NCBI GenBank assembly: GCA_964344235.1
Contig: CAYFMJ010000001.1
Location: forward strand, 64,001-128,000
Direction: 5' to 3'
Source of the DNA: an uncultured Methanosarcinales archaeon
GTDB lineage: Archaea > Nanobdellota > Nanobdellia > Woesearchaeales > GW2011-AR9
DNA: 64,000 nt
Shown here piece by piece: positions 17,800 to 27,019 of this stretch (positions are counted from its first letter, which is position 1; every line of letters begins with the position of its first letter). A program made the position numbers and the translations under genes. The notes under the pieces are model-generated. The model worked only from the letters and a program-made list of their open reading frames with translations. It was not told where the DNA came from and did no database searches.

Positions 17800-20408
17800 T
17801 GTTCGTTTTGTTGAGGGAAATTTTGTTCTGGTTCAGAAGGCGTCTGCTCTTTATTGTATAAACCTGGATCAATAGAAGGATCAAATTTGATGTGGGTTTC
17901 CTGTTGTGGTTCTGGAGAATCTTCTGGCGGAGGTGTTGGTGGTTGTGAATTATCTGTTGGAAGGTCAAGTTCTTCATCGTCATCAGTGATGATTTTTGCT
18001 GCTGCTGCAACAGTATCTAGCTCCGATAACCGCATTACACGAACTCCCTGTGTTGCTCTGCCGATGAGTGAGATGTTTGCGCATTTGATGCGGATGCCAA
18101 TGCCTTGCTTTGAGATAAGCATTAGTTCTTCTGAGCCATCCACCGACATGATTGTGGTAACAGGGCCATTTTTATCCGTTACTTTGATGTTCGTTACTCC
18201 TTTTCCTCCCCTATTACAAAGACGGTATTCGGAAATGGCGGTTCGTTTTCCGTAGCCCTTTTCTGTTAACGTTAGGATTTGTAGAGACTCATCTGCCTTA
18301 ATCATACCCATTACTTCATCACCATGGCTTAAACGGACACCACGAACACCACGAGCAGTTCTACCCATTGGTCGGACGTCTGATTCTTTGAAACGGTTCG
18401 CCATACCTTTACGTGTTGCAAGAATGATTTGATCATTACCAGAGGTATAGCGCACTTTAACAAGCGTATCATTGTCATCAAGGGTCACAGCACGGATGCC
18501 TCCTCTTCGTGGGCGAGAGAAGTCTTCAAGAGGGGTTTTCTTTACAGTTCCTTGTTTCGTAGCCATCAGTAGGTAGCCTTCTTCAAAACTCCTCACAGGA
18601 ACAACTGCGGTAATGTTCTCTTGATCATTAAGTTCTAATAAGTTCTTGATATGTTTCCCTTTCGCTTGTCTGCTTCCTTCTGGAATATTGTAGACTTTCA
18701 ACCAATAGACTTGACCCCGGTCAGTGAAGTAAAGTAAGTAAGCATGTGTGCTGGCGACGTAAATTTTTTCGACAAAGTCTTCTTCTTTCATACCAGCTGC
18801 TCTAACACCTTTGCCGCCGCGACGCTGCGTCTTATAGGTGTCAAGTGGAAGTCTCTTAACGTAGCCAGAATTGGTCATCGTTACCACAACGTCTTCTTCT
18901 TCAATAAGATCTTCCATGTCAATGTCATCGTCGTCATCTCCGCGCGTAATAGTAGATCTTCGGGAGTCACCGTACTTATCTTTGATTTCTGTTAACTCTT
19001 CTTTGATTAAGGTAAGAATTTTTTCTTCTGAGGCCAGAATACTTTCATAATGGCGGATTTTTTCAAGAAGTTCATCATGCTCCGCTTTGATTTTCTCCTG
19101 TTCCAATGATGCTAGTTTTTGCAGTCGCATGTCCAGAATTGCTTTTGCTTGAATTTCTGATAATGAGTAAGAAGTGATGAGGAATTGTTTTGCGTCTTCA
19201 ACAGTTCGACTTTTCTTAATACCGGGAATAACATCATCGATATTCAGAAGTGCTTTGAGTAATCCTTCTAAAACATGAATACGTTTCTGCGCTTGTTCTA
19301 AGTCATATTTCGTTCGTTTTGTAATAACATCTTTTCTATGAAAAACGTGGTGATTCAGAATTTCTTTTAACCCCAATACTTGTGGTTGGTTATCGACAAG
19401 GGCAAGAAGGTTAATACCAAAAGAAACACGTAAACGACTGTATTTGTAGAGTTGGTTCAGCACTACTTGTGCATCGGCATTGTTTTTGAGGTCAATAACG
19501 ATTCTGATTCCTTCTCTATCGGATTCATCGTTGATGTTACGGATACCTTCAACTCGCTTGTCTCGGACAAGATTCGCAATTTGTTTGATTAGCTCTTCTT
19601 TGTTTACTTGATACGGAATTTCTTTAATGACAATTTTGTTTTCTTCCAATTCTGATATGGCTTTAATCTTTACTTTACCTTTTCCTTTTGCGTATGCATA
19701 ATGAAGGGCTTGACCGCAGACAACCTCCCCTCCTGTCGGAAAGTCAGGAGCGGGGATGTGTTGCATTAATTCTTCCGTAGAGATATCTGGGTTGTCAATA
19801 GTGGCGATGATTCCTTCACAAATCTCTGAAGCATTGTGTGGAGGAATGTTGGTTGCCATCCCTACAGCAATTCCTGAAGAACCGTTGATTAACAAGTTTG
19901 GAAGTACGGTGGGGAGGACGACAGGTTCTTGTAATGAGCCATCAAAATTGTCTCGGAAATTAACGGTGTTCTTCTCAATGTCTTTCAACATCTCTTCTGC
20001 GAGTTTCTGGAGCTTAGCTTCTGTATATCGCATTGCGGCAGCATTATCTCCATCAATGGAACCGAAGTTCCCCTGGCCTTTGATTAATGGGTAGCGAAGA
20101 GAAAAGTCCTGTGCCATCCTGACAAGGGAATCGTAGACAGCCGTATCACCGTGCGGATGATATTTACCGAGTACTTCCCCCACAATACGTGCACATTTTT
20201 TGAATGGTTTGTTGTGTAACATGCCCATGTCGTACATGGCGTAGAGAATTCTTCGATGGACGGGTTTAAGGCCATCTTTGACATCAGGTAGAGCTCGACC
20301 TACAATAACAGACATCGCGTAATTAACGTACGCTTGCTTCATTTCATCCTCAATTACTTTCGGGATGATCTGGTCAGTTGGTGTCGGTTCTGCTTCTGTT
20401 GGCGTCAT
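17796..20408 (-). CDS. gyrA: DNA gyrase subunit A
   Basis: [22 protein letters not shown], catalytic AAMRYTE, GyrA-box QRRGGKG, beta-pinwheel repeats. Confidence 0.97.
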   Translation of the reverse strand: MTPTEAEPTPTDQIIPKVIEDEMKQAYVNYAMSVIVGRALPDVKDGLKPVHRRILYAMYDMGMLHNKPFKKCARIVGEVLGKYHPHGDTAVYDSLVRMAQDFSLRYPLIKGQGNFGSIDGDNAAAMRYTEAKLQKLAEEMLKDIEKNTVNFRDNFDGSLQEPVVLPTVLPNLLINGSSGIAVGMATNIPPHNASEICEGIIATIDNPDISTEELMQHIPAPDFPTGGEVVCGQALHYAYAKGKGKVKIKAISELEENKIVIKEIPYQVNKEELIKQIANLVRDKRVEGIRNINDESDREGIRIVIDLKNNADAQVVLNQLYKYSRLRVSFGINLLALVDNQPQVLGLKEILNHHVFHRKDVITKRTKYDLEQAQKRIHVLEGLLKALLNIDDVIPGIKKSRTVEDAKQFLITSYSLSEIQAKAILDMRLQKLASLEQEKIKAEHDELLEKIRHYESILASEEKILTLIKEELTEIKDKYGDSRRSTITRGDDDDDIDMEDLIEEEDVVVTMTNSGYVKRLPLDTYKTQRRGGKGVRAAGMKEEDFVEKIYVASTHAYLLYFTDRGQVYWLKVYNIPEGSRQAKGKHIKNLLELNDQENITAVVPVRSFEEGYLLMATKQGTVKKTPLEDFSRPRRGGIRAVTLDDNDTLVKVRYTSGNDQIILATRKGMANRFKESDVRPMGRTARGVRGVRLSHGDEVMGMIKADESLQILTLTEKGYGKRTAISEYRLCNRGGKGVTNIKVTDKNGPVTTIMSVDGSEELMLISKQGIGIRIKCANISLIGRATQGVRVMRLSELDTVAAAAKIITDDDEELDLPTDNSQPPTPPPEDSPEPQQETHIKFDPSIDPGLYNKEQTPSEPEQNFPQQNEQ

Positions 20409-20496
20409 GTTTTACTGTAAAATTAAGCTTTTTGAGCTTGCAATTTATCGTCGATAAAAACGTGTTTTTTAGAGATTTTTTGTGTTTATAAAGCTT

Positions 20497-20511
20497 GTGG
20501 TTGTGGAGTGG
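20497..20511 (-). promoter_or_regulatory. Conserved motif upstream of gyrA (CCACTCCACAACCAC), 5 nt from TATA TTATAAAC
   Basis: One mismatch to the hef core. Confidence 0.6.
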
Positions 20512-20579
20512 TTTTGTTGATTTACTACCAAGATGGTGTGGCGGAGAATTTATATGCATTAAGCAATAGCCAAAATATA

Positions 20580-20801
20580 ATGAGTGACCAAGTATATGCC
20601 GGCAGCGCGCCACACCCTTATATACCACATACTCCAGAAGATCAGAGAATAATGCTTGATGCACTGGGCCTGGGAGAAATCAGAGCAACAGCACGAGAAA
20701 ATCCATTGTCTCTACTAGCGAGTCCACAGACTACACCAGTTGGTTTGATAGATGAGACGAAAGCAGTGAGAGATAAGATTTTAACATGGCGTGGTCTTTA
20801 A
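20580..20801 (+). CDS. Small protein with GcvPA-like N-terminal motif
   Basis: ATG 20580 downstream of TTTATATG; YIPHTPEDQRIMLDALG. Confidence 0.45.
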   Translation: MSDQVYAGSAPHPYIPHTPEDQRIMLDALGLGEIRATARENPLSLLASPQTTPVGLIDETKAVRDKILTWRGL

Positions 20802-21418
20802 TTATGCACGCCTTCCATCGCAGCTTTAATCTCGTCTTTAGAAGATTCTTCTTTCTGATCTAACTCAATTAATCTGTCAACTTCATCTGCTTCTTTATCG
20901 ACAGATTCCGCTTCGTCAAGAACTTCCTTGGGAACTTGTTTCAAGAATGCTTGTTTTGCTTCTTCAGAAGGAAGGTCAAAATATTCAAAGAATTTTTTTG
21001 TTAATTTTATTTTATAGGTTCGACCAAATTTTTCTTTAGTGATAAAGCCCTGCTCGCCAAGTGTTTTCATGTGTTCATACGCCGCAGCACTTCTGAGTTT
21101 GATAATCTCTGATTGCACAACAGGATAACGCCACGCAATCACTGCAAGCGTCTCCATTAATGGACGTTCCAATTCTGTTGAGGAGACGATGTTACTTACT
21201 AAAGGCACGTACTCATCTAAAACAGTTAACTTCCAACCATTTTCTTTTTTGACAATGTGAAGAGAGTTGTCCTGCCCAGCGTAGGATTTTTGTAGTGAAG
21301 CGAGGATTTTGTCAACATCCTTAATCCCCAGACTGCAGAGACTGGCGATTCGTTCCGAGGTTATTTCTTTTCCAACAGCGAAGAGTACCGCTTCAACTTT
21401 CTTGTGATTGTCGCTCAT
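20798..21418 (-). CDS. scpB: SMC-Scp complex subunit ScpB
   Basis: VEAVLF, two wHTH domains, ETLAVIAWRYPV.QSEIIKLR, TKKFFEYF. Confidence 0.9.
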   Translation of the reverse strand: MSDNHKKVEAVLFAVGKEITSERIASLCSLGIKDVDKILASLQKSYAGQDNSLHIVKKENGWKLTVLDEYVPLVSNIVSSTELERPLMETLAVIAWRYPVVQSEIIKLRSAAAYEHMKTLGEQGFITKEKFGRTYKIKLTKKFFEYFDLPSEEAKQAFLKQVPKEVLDEAESVDKEADEVDRLIELDQKEESSKDEIKAAMEGVHN

Positions 21419-21989
21419 CTCTAGGGATTAGGTAATAAGTCTCCTCTTTTAAATCTATTCTTCCTTCGTCAATGAGTTGATCTAAGAAATCTTCTAATTT
21501 GTCTCTTGTAATGCCCGTCATCTTGCTGAGTTGATCGCCCGTTTTTGGTCCATTTGCGAGAAGAAGAGTAATGTAATTTTTTAAGAGGCTGCCCATACTC
21601 CGTTTCAAGATATCATTTTCCATTTTAACATGCTTAGCAACCATGTCAACTTGATGTAATTTTGATTGTAAATCGTTAAGGAATTGTGACACTTCTCCGT
21701 CAGAGAAGCGGAGTTCTTTCGGTTCTGTTACTTCGATTTGAGAAGGCATGTAGTCAAAGCAAAATGCAACAAGATCTTCTACTTTTTCTGTTTTGGCTTC
21801 TACTTCAACGAACGTCGCCCACATTCCGGCGTCTTCTCGTTCTTGAGCTTCACCAAATTCTTTGTTAACAACTTCGTAACGGTCATTCTTTTCGAGGTTT
21901 TCAACATAGTTCTGCGTCGTTTGTTCAACATGTTCTTTCGGTTTGCCAACCACTTCCATGACCGCTCTGAAATGAAGATTTTTTACCAT
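21393..21989 (-). CDS. Conserved hypothetical protein with C-terminal wHTH
   Basis: EVVGKPKEH, FDYMPSQIEV, C-terminal LSKMTGI...FLDQLIDEGRI; overlaps scpB start. Confidence 0.7.
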   Translation of the reverse strand: MVKNLHFRAVMEVVGKPKEHVEQTTQNYVENLEKNDRYEVVNKEFGEAQEREDAGMWATFVEVEAKTEKVEDLVAFCFDYMPSQIEVTEPKELRFSDGEVSQFLNDLQSKLHQVDMVAKHVKMENDILKRSMGSLLKNYITLLLANGPKTGDQLSKMTGITRDKLEDFLDQLIDEGRIDLKEETYYLIPRDERQSQES

Positions 21990-22034
21990 AGAGAGTTGGG
22001 AGGGAGGTGGTTTTTAAGTGTTTTGGAAGAAATA

Positions 22035-23876
22035 TTATTTTCTGAAAAGAACCGTTGTTGTGAGAAGTGCCAGGGTGGTAATGAACAGCGAAGGGATCAA
22101 GTTTTTTGCTTTTTCTGAACTAGATTGGTATGTGATGAAGCCAGTAGTAAAGTTGGATTGAGGTTCGTTGGTAGGAAGTGTTACGGTTTCTGGTGTGTTT
22201 GTAGGTCCTTCAATAAGGCTTACGAGAGAAAGTGTTTGATTCGTTTCAAGAAGTTGATTTGTTGGGAGTTGTGCTTGTTCAAGTTCTTTAGCGTAGGTAA
22301 GATAATCTTTACAGACATCTGGATCAACACCAGAAATTTGAAAAGTGTCTTCCTTTGTAATGTCGAAGGCTTTGACAACGAGAGTAGCTGTACCATCAGA
22401 AATAAGTTGGTGGCAATTGGGGAGAAGTTGAAATGGTAGAGTGAGTGGGTACTGTTTGTACTTATCCTCTATCAAAATTTTTGTTGTTTTGCTAATTTTC
22501 TGACCACTCTTTTCAACCCATGCTTGCACTGATTGTTTTGTTTCATTGCCTTTGTATACATGAATTTTTGCCTGAAATTGATCACCCCATTCTGCTTTCT
22601 GGTCATTGCCAAGATAAATTTTTTCAATGCAGATAGTGGATTGGGGTTCTTTGTACAAAGGATTGATACCAATTATTTTTGTGGCGATGTTGTTTTCTGG
22701 GTGGGAATCTTCACAGGGAAGATCTTCTAACCAAAACGTTGCTTGATACGTGCCCTCAGGAAGGTTGGGAGAGTAGGATTTTGTGGCTGTTGTTGTTATT
22801 GATTTGTTTGTCCAGGGTTTATATCCTTTTTTTACTTCTCCAAAAAAGTTTTCGATTGTCCCTTTTGCGGTGATGGTTTCCGGTAAACCGGTGTGACGGA
22901 GTGCTTTGACCTGAAATTCAAAAGAAGTTGGTTGCGTTAAGTCTGTGGGAGTCTCGATAGAGATTGCCCAATCGCACGTGTTTGTGTAGATGTTTTCTTG
23001 ATTTGGCGTGGGTGTTGTCTTGAACCAACCTTCTGAGAATTTGGAAAAGCTCATGCCTTCTGTTGATGATGAAAATGTAACCTCTTCAATGAGAATGTTT
23101 TCCGGTACGGGGTAGCCAGTGTACAAGCGAACAGAGTCCTCTATTTTGCTAAGTTCAAAATCGGAATCGCCATCTCTGTAAATAGTGGTGTAACATTTGG
23201 AGCAAAGTTCTATATTTTTGGTGTTGACTTCGGTGATGTATAATTCGTTGTTATCATTACCATCATAGAGAACAAGGCCATGTAAGAGCAGTGGATCTTT
23301 GCCAGAGTTGTATACCTCCACCCATTCTCCTGCTGGTTTGAATGCATCGTCATTGCCGAATGGATCAGGCATGATTTCTGTTATTTGGAGAACCGTATAA
23401 TCATAACTGAAGTCGTGAATAGAATTCTTTTTGTTTGGTGTGCCATTTATTGTAAGGGATTCTTTCCATTCGTTGTGTTTATTTCTCTCGAGTGTTTTCC
23501 CTTTTTTCCCAAGAGAACCGTCGTAAGACAGGGAGTCAGTGCTGTTAGGGCATGTGAGAGAGATAGTGTCGCCACTATTTTTTAGGCCATTGCCGAAACT
23601 TGCTTCTTGGAACGGAATGGAAGGGTGTTGTTGAGAAAACACTTCTGGGCTGCGTGCGAGAATAAGGTAAGAGTTGTTGGTTATGTTTCCAGCAAGGGGC
23701 TTGTCTTGGAGAGTGCAATTGTTGAGTGAGATTGTTTGGTTTGTAGGGTTGTATAATTCAATCCATTCATTGGTGGGATTGTCAGGAGGCGCGTACATAA
23801 TTTCGTTAAGAAAAGGAGTGGCAGCAACGTGGAAGGAGAGAAAAAGAATTGTTGTAAGTATAACAAGAAACTTCAT
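22035..23876 (-). CDS. Secreted protein with two lamin-tail domains and C-terminal TM anchor
   Basis: Signal peptide; NEIMY.P..EWIELYN and ITEIMPDP..EWVEVYN. Confidence 0.8.
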   Translation of the reverse strand: MKFLVILTTILFLSFHVAATPFLNEIMYAPPDNPTNEWIELYNPTNQTISLNNCTLQDKPLAGNITNNSYLILARSPEVFSQQHPSIPFQEASFGNGLKNSGDTISLTCPNSTDSLSYDGSLGKKGKTLERNKHNEWKESLTINGTPNKKNSIHDFSYDYTVLQITEIMPDPFGNDDAFKPAGEWVEVYNSGKDPLLLHGLVLYDGNDNNELYITEVNTKNIELCSKCYTTIYRDGDSDFELSKIEDSVRLYTGYPVPENILIEEVTFSSSTEGMSFSKFSEGWFKTTPTPNQENIYTNTCDWAISIETPTDLTQPTSFEFQVKALRHTGLPETITAKGTIENFFGEVKKGYKPWTNKSITTTATKSYSPNLPEGTYQATFWLEDLPCEDSHPENNIATKIIGINPLYKEPQSTICIEKIYLGNDQKAEWGDQFQAKIHVYKGNETKQSVQAWVEKSGQKISKTTKILIEDKYKQYPLTLPFQLLPNCHQLISDGTATLVVKAFDITKEDTFQISGVDPDVCKDYLTYAKELEQAQLPTNQLLETNQTLSLVSLIEGPTNTPETVTLPTNEPQSNFTTGFITYQSSSEKAKNLIPSLFITTLALLTTTVLFRK

Positions 23877-23982
23877 ATGATTTTTGTGAGAAGAGTATTA
23901 AAAAAAATATAGCCGATATTTATTTCACTCCTCCCGAATACTAAACAAACTTTTTAAACGTTCTTCGACTAGAAGGACTACT

Positions 23983-24480
23983 ATGGGATGGTTTAGCAAG
24001 AAGAAGAAAATACCGAAGGTGCCCTTGCCGGCAGGCCATCCAGTTGATGAGAATGCATTACGATTTCCTTCTATGCCACATTCGGAGAGAGTTATTGAGC
24101 CAGATCATGTGAAGCAAGCTGTTGGTGTTGGAAATGATAAGTCATTGCCACCTCTACCAGAGTATCCTAAGATGTCTCCGCCAGCAGCTCCTCGACGAAA
24201 GGTAGCAAAGCGACAACCTACGGCTCCGGCGATGGCGCCACCCATACCAAGAGTAGCGGGCCACCCATTATATGCAAAAGTGGATGTGTACCAGAGAGTA
24301 TTGGGGGAGTTAGATAGTTTACGGACAGATATCTCTCACTTGTCAACTGCAAATAACCATTTAGCAAAATCAGAGTTTAATGAGGAAAAGAATTTTGAAA
24401 AATTGAAACGAAACGTACGCAACATGCACGATAGATTATTGCTTGTTGACAAAGTATTATTTAAAACGCAAGGTGAATAA
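23983..24480 (+). CDS. Pro-rich protein with C-terminal coiled-coil module
   Basis: PLYAKVDVY..VL..L module is paralogous to the next gene. Confidence 0.7.
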   Translation: MGWFSKKKKIPKVPLPAGHPVDENALRFPSMPHSERVIEPDHVKQAVGVGNDKSLPPLPEYPKMSPPAAPRRKVAKRQPTAPAMAPPIPRVAGHPLYAKVDVYQRVLGELDSLRTDISHLSTANNHLAKSEFNEEKNFEKLKRNVRNMHDRLLLVDKVLFKTQGE

Positions 24481-24481
24481 A

Positions 24482-24709
24482 ATGGAACGAATGCCAGTTT
24501 TTGTAAAAATTGATGAATATAACGACGTCCTACATTTGTTAGGGTTAATTCGAAGGAAACTTGATGATGCTAAAGAGACTTTGGCTAAAATCCACGACTT
24601 AAAGAATGAAGAAGATCATCAACTAGAGACGTGGCATAACACGTTGGAAGAAGTCGAGAAAAAAGTTGATTTTATTAATCACTCATTGAGTGAACCAGAA
24701 AAGTTCTAA
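24482..24709 (+). CDS. Small coiled-coil protein (PVFVKIDEY family)
   Basis: ATG immediately after upstream stop; heptad pattern. Confidence 0.75.
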   Translation: MERMPVFVKIDEYNDVLHLLGLIRRKLDDAKETLAKIHDLKNEEDHQLETWHNTLEEVEKKVDFINHSLSEPEKF

Positions 24710-24710
24710 G

Positions 24711-25220
24711 ATGGCTGCTAAGAAAAAGAAAAGTAGTACGAAAAAGAAGAGTATACCTAGAAAGAGAACTACTGCTAAGAAAAAAACAGTCAAAGCAGTA
24801 AAAGAGCCAGAATATATGGTGCAAGTATCTGATCCGAAAATGATTCGGAAGGATTTGCTCGAGTCATTACGAGAAGTTATTATCTTTATGCAGGGGTATG
24901 AAAAGTTTCGAAGTATGCAACAAGAGAAGGTTGCCTTGTTTACTGCGTTGAAAACAGAGGTTAAAGAGTTACATGCATTAAATGAGAAGTTGCGGAAGAA
25001 ACTGCCGAAAGGGAAGTTACAACCAGTTACAGCGGAGCAACAACAGAAAAAGAATGTTGAGGAAGCTGTACAGGAGATGCCAGAGGAAGTTCCTGAAGAA
25101 CATCATGAAGAGCCGGTAGCGGCGCCACCTGCTCCTGAACCAGCAGCACCGCCGAGTGGTTTAGCTGCGTTAGAGTCGCAATTGCAGGATATTGAGCAGC
25201 AGTTGCAGAATATTCGGTAA
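24711..25220 (+). CDS. Coiled-coil protein with Lys-rich N-terminus
   Basis: ATG immediately after upstream stop; basic tail then helical core. Confidence 0.7.
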   Translation: MAAKKKKSSTKKKSIPRKRTTAKKKTVKAVKEPEYMVQVSDPKMIRKDLLESLREVIIFMQGYEKFRSMQQEKVALFTALKTEVKELHALNEKLRKKLPKGKLQPVTAEQQQKKNVEEAVQEMPEEVPEEHHEEPVAAPPAPEPAAPPSGLAALESQLQDIEQQLQNIR

Positions 25221-25271
25221 ATTATATTCTTTATTTACGATTTTATTATATTGTAAAAGTGTTTTGATAGT

Positions 25272-25739
25272 ATGCACGATGCAACACTCTGTATTCCCCT
25301 CGAAGAGGAGCACATTCGTTTAGCAATGAAAAAGCGAGGTTTTGGCGCAGGCCGGTATAATGGATATGGAGGAAAACCAGAGGCCGGGGAATCTATTGAA
25401 GATGCTGCAGTGAGAGAGTTCTATGAAGAGTCTGGTGTAAGAGTTAAGAAAGAGGATTTAGTAAAGGTAGGAGAGGTAGAATTTTACTTTCCCCATAAAC
25501 CAAACTGGGATCAAAAAGTTCATATCTATACCGTTCGTCAATGGGAGGGGGATTTTGTAGAGACGGAAGAGATGAGGCCAGGAAGATTTCATCATTCGGA
25601 AATTCCATATTCCCAAATGTGGCCGGACGATGAGTTTTGGTTACCACATGTTCTTGCTGGGAAGTATGTGATGGGGAGTATTGTATTTGGAGAAGGAGAT
25701 ACGATTCTTGAGAATCGGTTGGAGATAAGGGAGAGTTAA
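25272..25739 (+). CDS. NUDIX hydrolase, MTH1/8-oxo-dGTPase-like
   Basis: KKRGFGAG..NGYGGKPEAGESIEDAAVREFYEESG, EEMRP, MWPDD.FWLP. Confidence 0.88.
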   Translation: MHDATLCIPLEEEHIRLAMKKRGFGAGRYNGYGGKPEAGESIEDAAVREFYEESGVRVKKEDLVKVGEVEFYFPHKPNWDQKVHIYTVRQWEGDFVETEEMRPGRFHHSEIPYSQMWPDDEFWLPHVLAGKYVMGSIVFGEGDTILENRLEIRES

Positions 25740-26590
25740 GCACTATACGCATCCATTACTTGTAATACTACTTGAGGATTTGTTGTTGGAAGAGAGTGTG
25801 GTGCGCCTGGAACAACATCGATATCAAGTTCACCCACTACTAATCCCCTAACGATTGGTTCTGCTTTTGTAGGCACAACCATTGCATCTTTGCTACCATA
25901 AATCATGTGGGTTGGAACGTAAAAACCACCTAATTGCTCAGAAACATCAAAGCCAATAGCGACCCTACCCATAACATTATTTGCTCTGATTCTATGCCAC
26001 GGTTGATCTACTATTGTTTTCAGAACTGCCAATTCTGATGCGCCTTCCAATTGTGACTGGTCTGGATATGATCTTTTTGTTCCTCTTAGCAAATGTCCAA
26101 GACCGGTTATTGCAAACCCTGGCCATTCAAGCACATAACGACCAACTTTGTCAAAAAAGTGATACAGAGCAACATTTGGTGCGGTGTCTTTAAAGTTAGG
26201 TGCAGTGCAGATACCCGTTAGTTTTGAAGCATTTTTGGTACGAGAAATATAATCAACAGCCGGCATAAAACCGAAACTTGTTGCAACAAATTCTGGCCTC
26301 TCTATACCCTTACGAGCTAAAATCATTTCAAGGTCTTGAGAGTGTCTTTCTAACTCATAAAATTCTGGTTTCGTGGGAGCATCAGAATAACCAAAGCCAC
26401 GTGGGTCAAACGTTAGAGTTGGGTGACCCCTTTCATTCAGGCCCGCTTCTAGTCGTTCAAGGGAACTATGGTTCATGGAAGATCCAGGACACAATACTAC
26501 CATTTTCTTGTTCATGCCACTGCCAGAATTTATCCAATAAAATACTTCTACTCCGTCCTCAGCAACAATTTTTTGATTAGGTTGTTTCAT
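25736..26590 (-). CDS. Alpha/beta-hydrolase fold protein
   Basis: DPRGFGYSD, elbow ATSFG, GSKDAMV, GAPH. Start set to ATG 26590. Confidence 0.8.
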   Translation of the reverse strand: MKQPNQKIVAEDGVEVFYWINSGSGMNKKMVVLCPGSSMNHSSLERLEAGLNERGHPTLTFDPRGFGYSDAPTKPEFYELERHSQDLEMILARKGIERPEFVATSFGFMPAVDYISRTKNASKLTGICTAPNFKDTAPNVALYHFFDKVGRYVLEWPGFAITGLGHLLRGTKRSYPDQSQLEGASELAVLKTIVDQPWHRIRANNVMGRVAIGFDVSEQLGGFYVPTHMIYGSKDAMVVPTKAEPIVRGLVVGELDIDVVPGAPHSLPTTNPQVVLQVMDAYSA

Positions 26591-26701
26591 AGAGTGATTT
26601 AGGAGGTGGTTTTTATAAGATTTGTGTTTGTAATCATTGTGGAGTGGTTTCAATTTTATTTTAGTTACTTTTATAAAATAATCATAGTTGAAATGTTCTA
26701 T

Positions 26702-26894
26702 GCGGACGTGCCGGAGAACTCACTTCGTTCGTGCTCCAACAAACGAAGTTTGTCCGGAGTGGTCAAACGGGACGGTTCGTTTGGCATTACGGTGCCAAGT
26801 GAGTCCATACTCAAATGCTAAAACCATTTCCTGATTTAGCGTAGAGCTATCCGTTGGTTTAGTACCTACGCAGGTTCGAACCCTGCCGTCCGCA
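26702..26894 (+). tRNA. tRNA-Leu(CAA) with three introns (26717-26759 at 15/16; 26776-26808 at 30/31; 26816-26848 at 37/38)
   Basis: Acceptor GCGGACG/CGTCCGC, A73, long variable arm, T arm GCAGG-TTCGAAC-CCTGC. The spliced 84-nt product has anticodon arm ACGGA-CTCAAAA-TCCGT. BHB central helices are CCGG/CCGG, GGAC/GTCC and CTC/GAG (relaxed). Confidence 0.88.
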
Positions 26895-26943
26895 CTTTAT
26901 TATTGTATTCTTTCTTCTTAATTCAACTTTTAAATTGTAATTT

Positions 26944-26974
26944 TAGCCACTGGTCACTGGACAACCACTAGCAG
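26944..26974 (+). promoter_or_regulatory. Conserved upstream element (core TCACTGGACAACCAC, 26954-26968), 9 nt from TATA TTATATAC
   Basis: 26/31 identity with 1804-1834 (reverse complement). Confidence 0.75.
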
Positions 26975-27019
26975 AGTTTATATACAAAATCACTTACGAA
27001 GTTTCACAGTACCAAGATT

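Noticed and set aside
17796-20408. Topoisomerase IV ParC instead of GyrA
   Set aside because: An intact GyrA-box (QRRGGKG) and full C-terminal pinwheel are present.
26954-26968. Identity of the promoter motif with the mycobacterial PafBC RecA-NDp element (TTGTCRGTG) or a replication origin ORB
   Set aside because: Similarity is partial (TTGTCCAGTG on the opposite strand) and geometry differs. There is no ORB cluster, AT-rich unwinding element or adjacent cdc6, so neither identity can be claimed.
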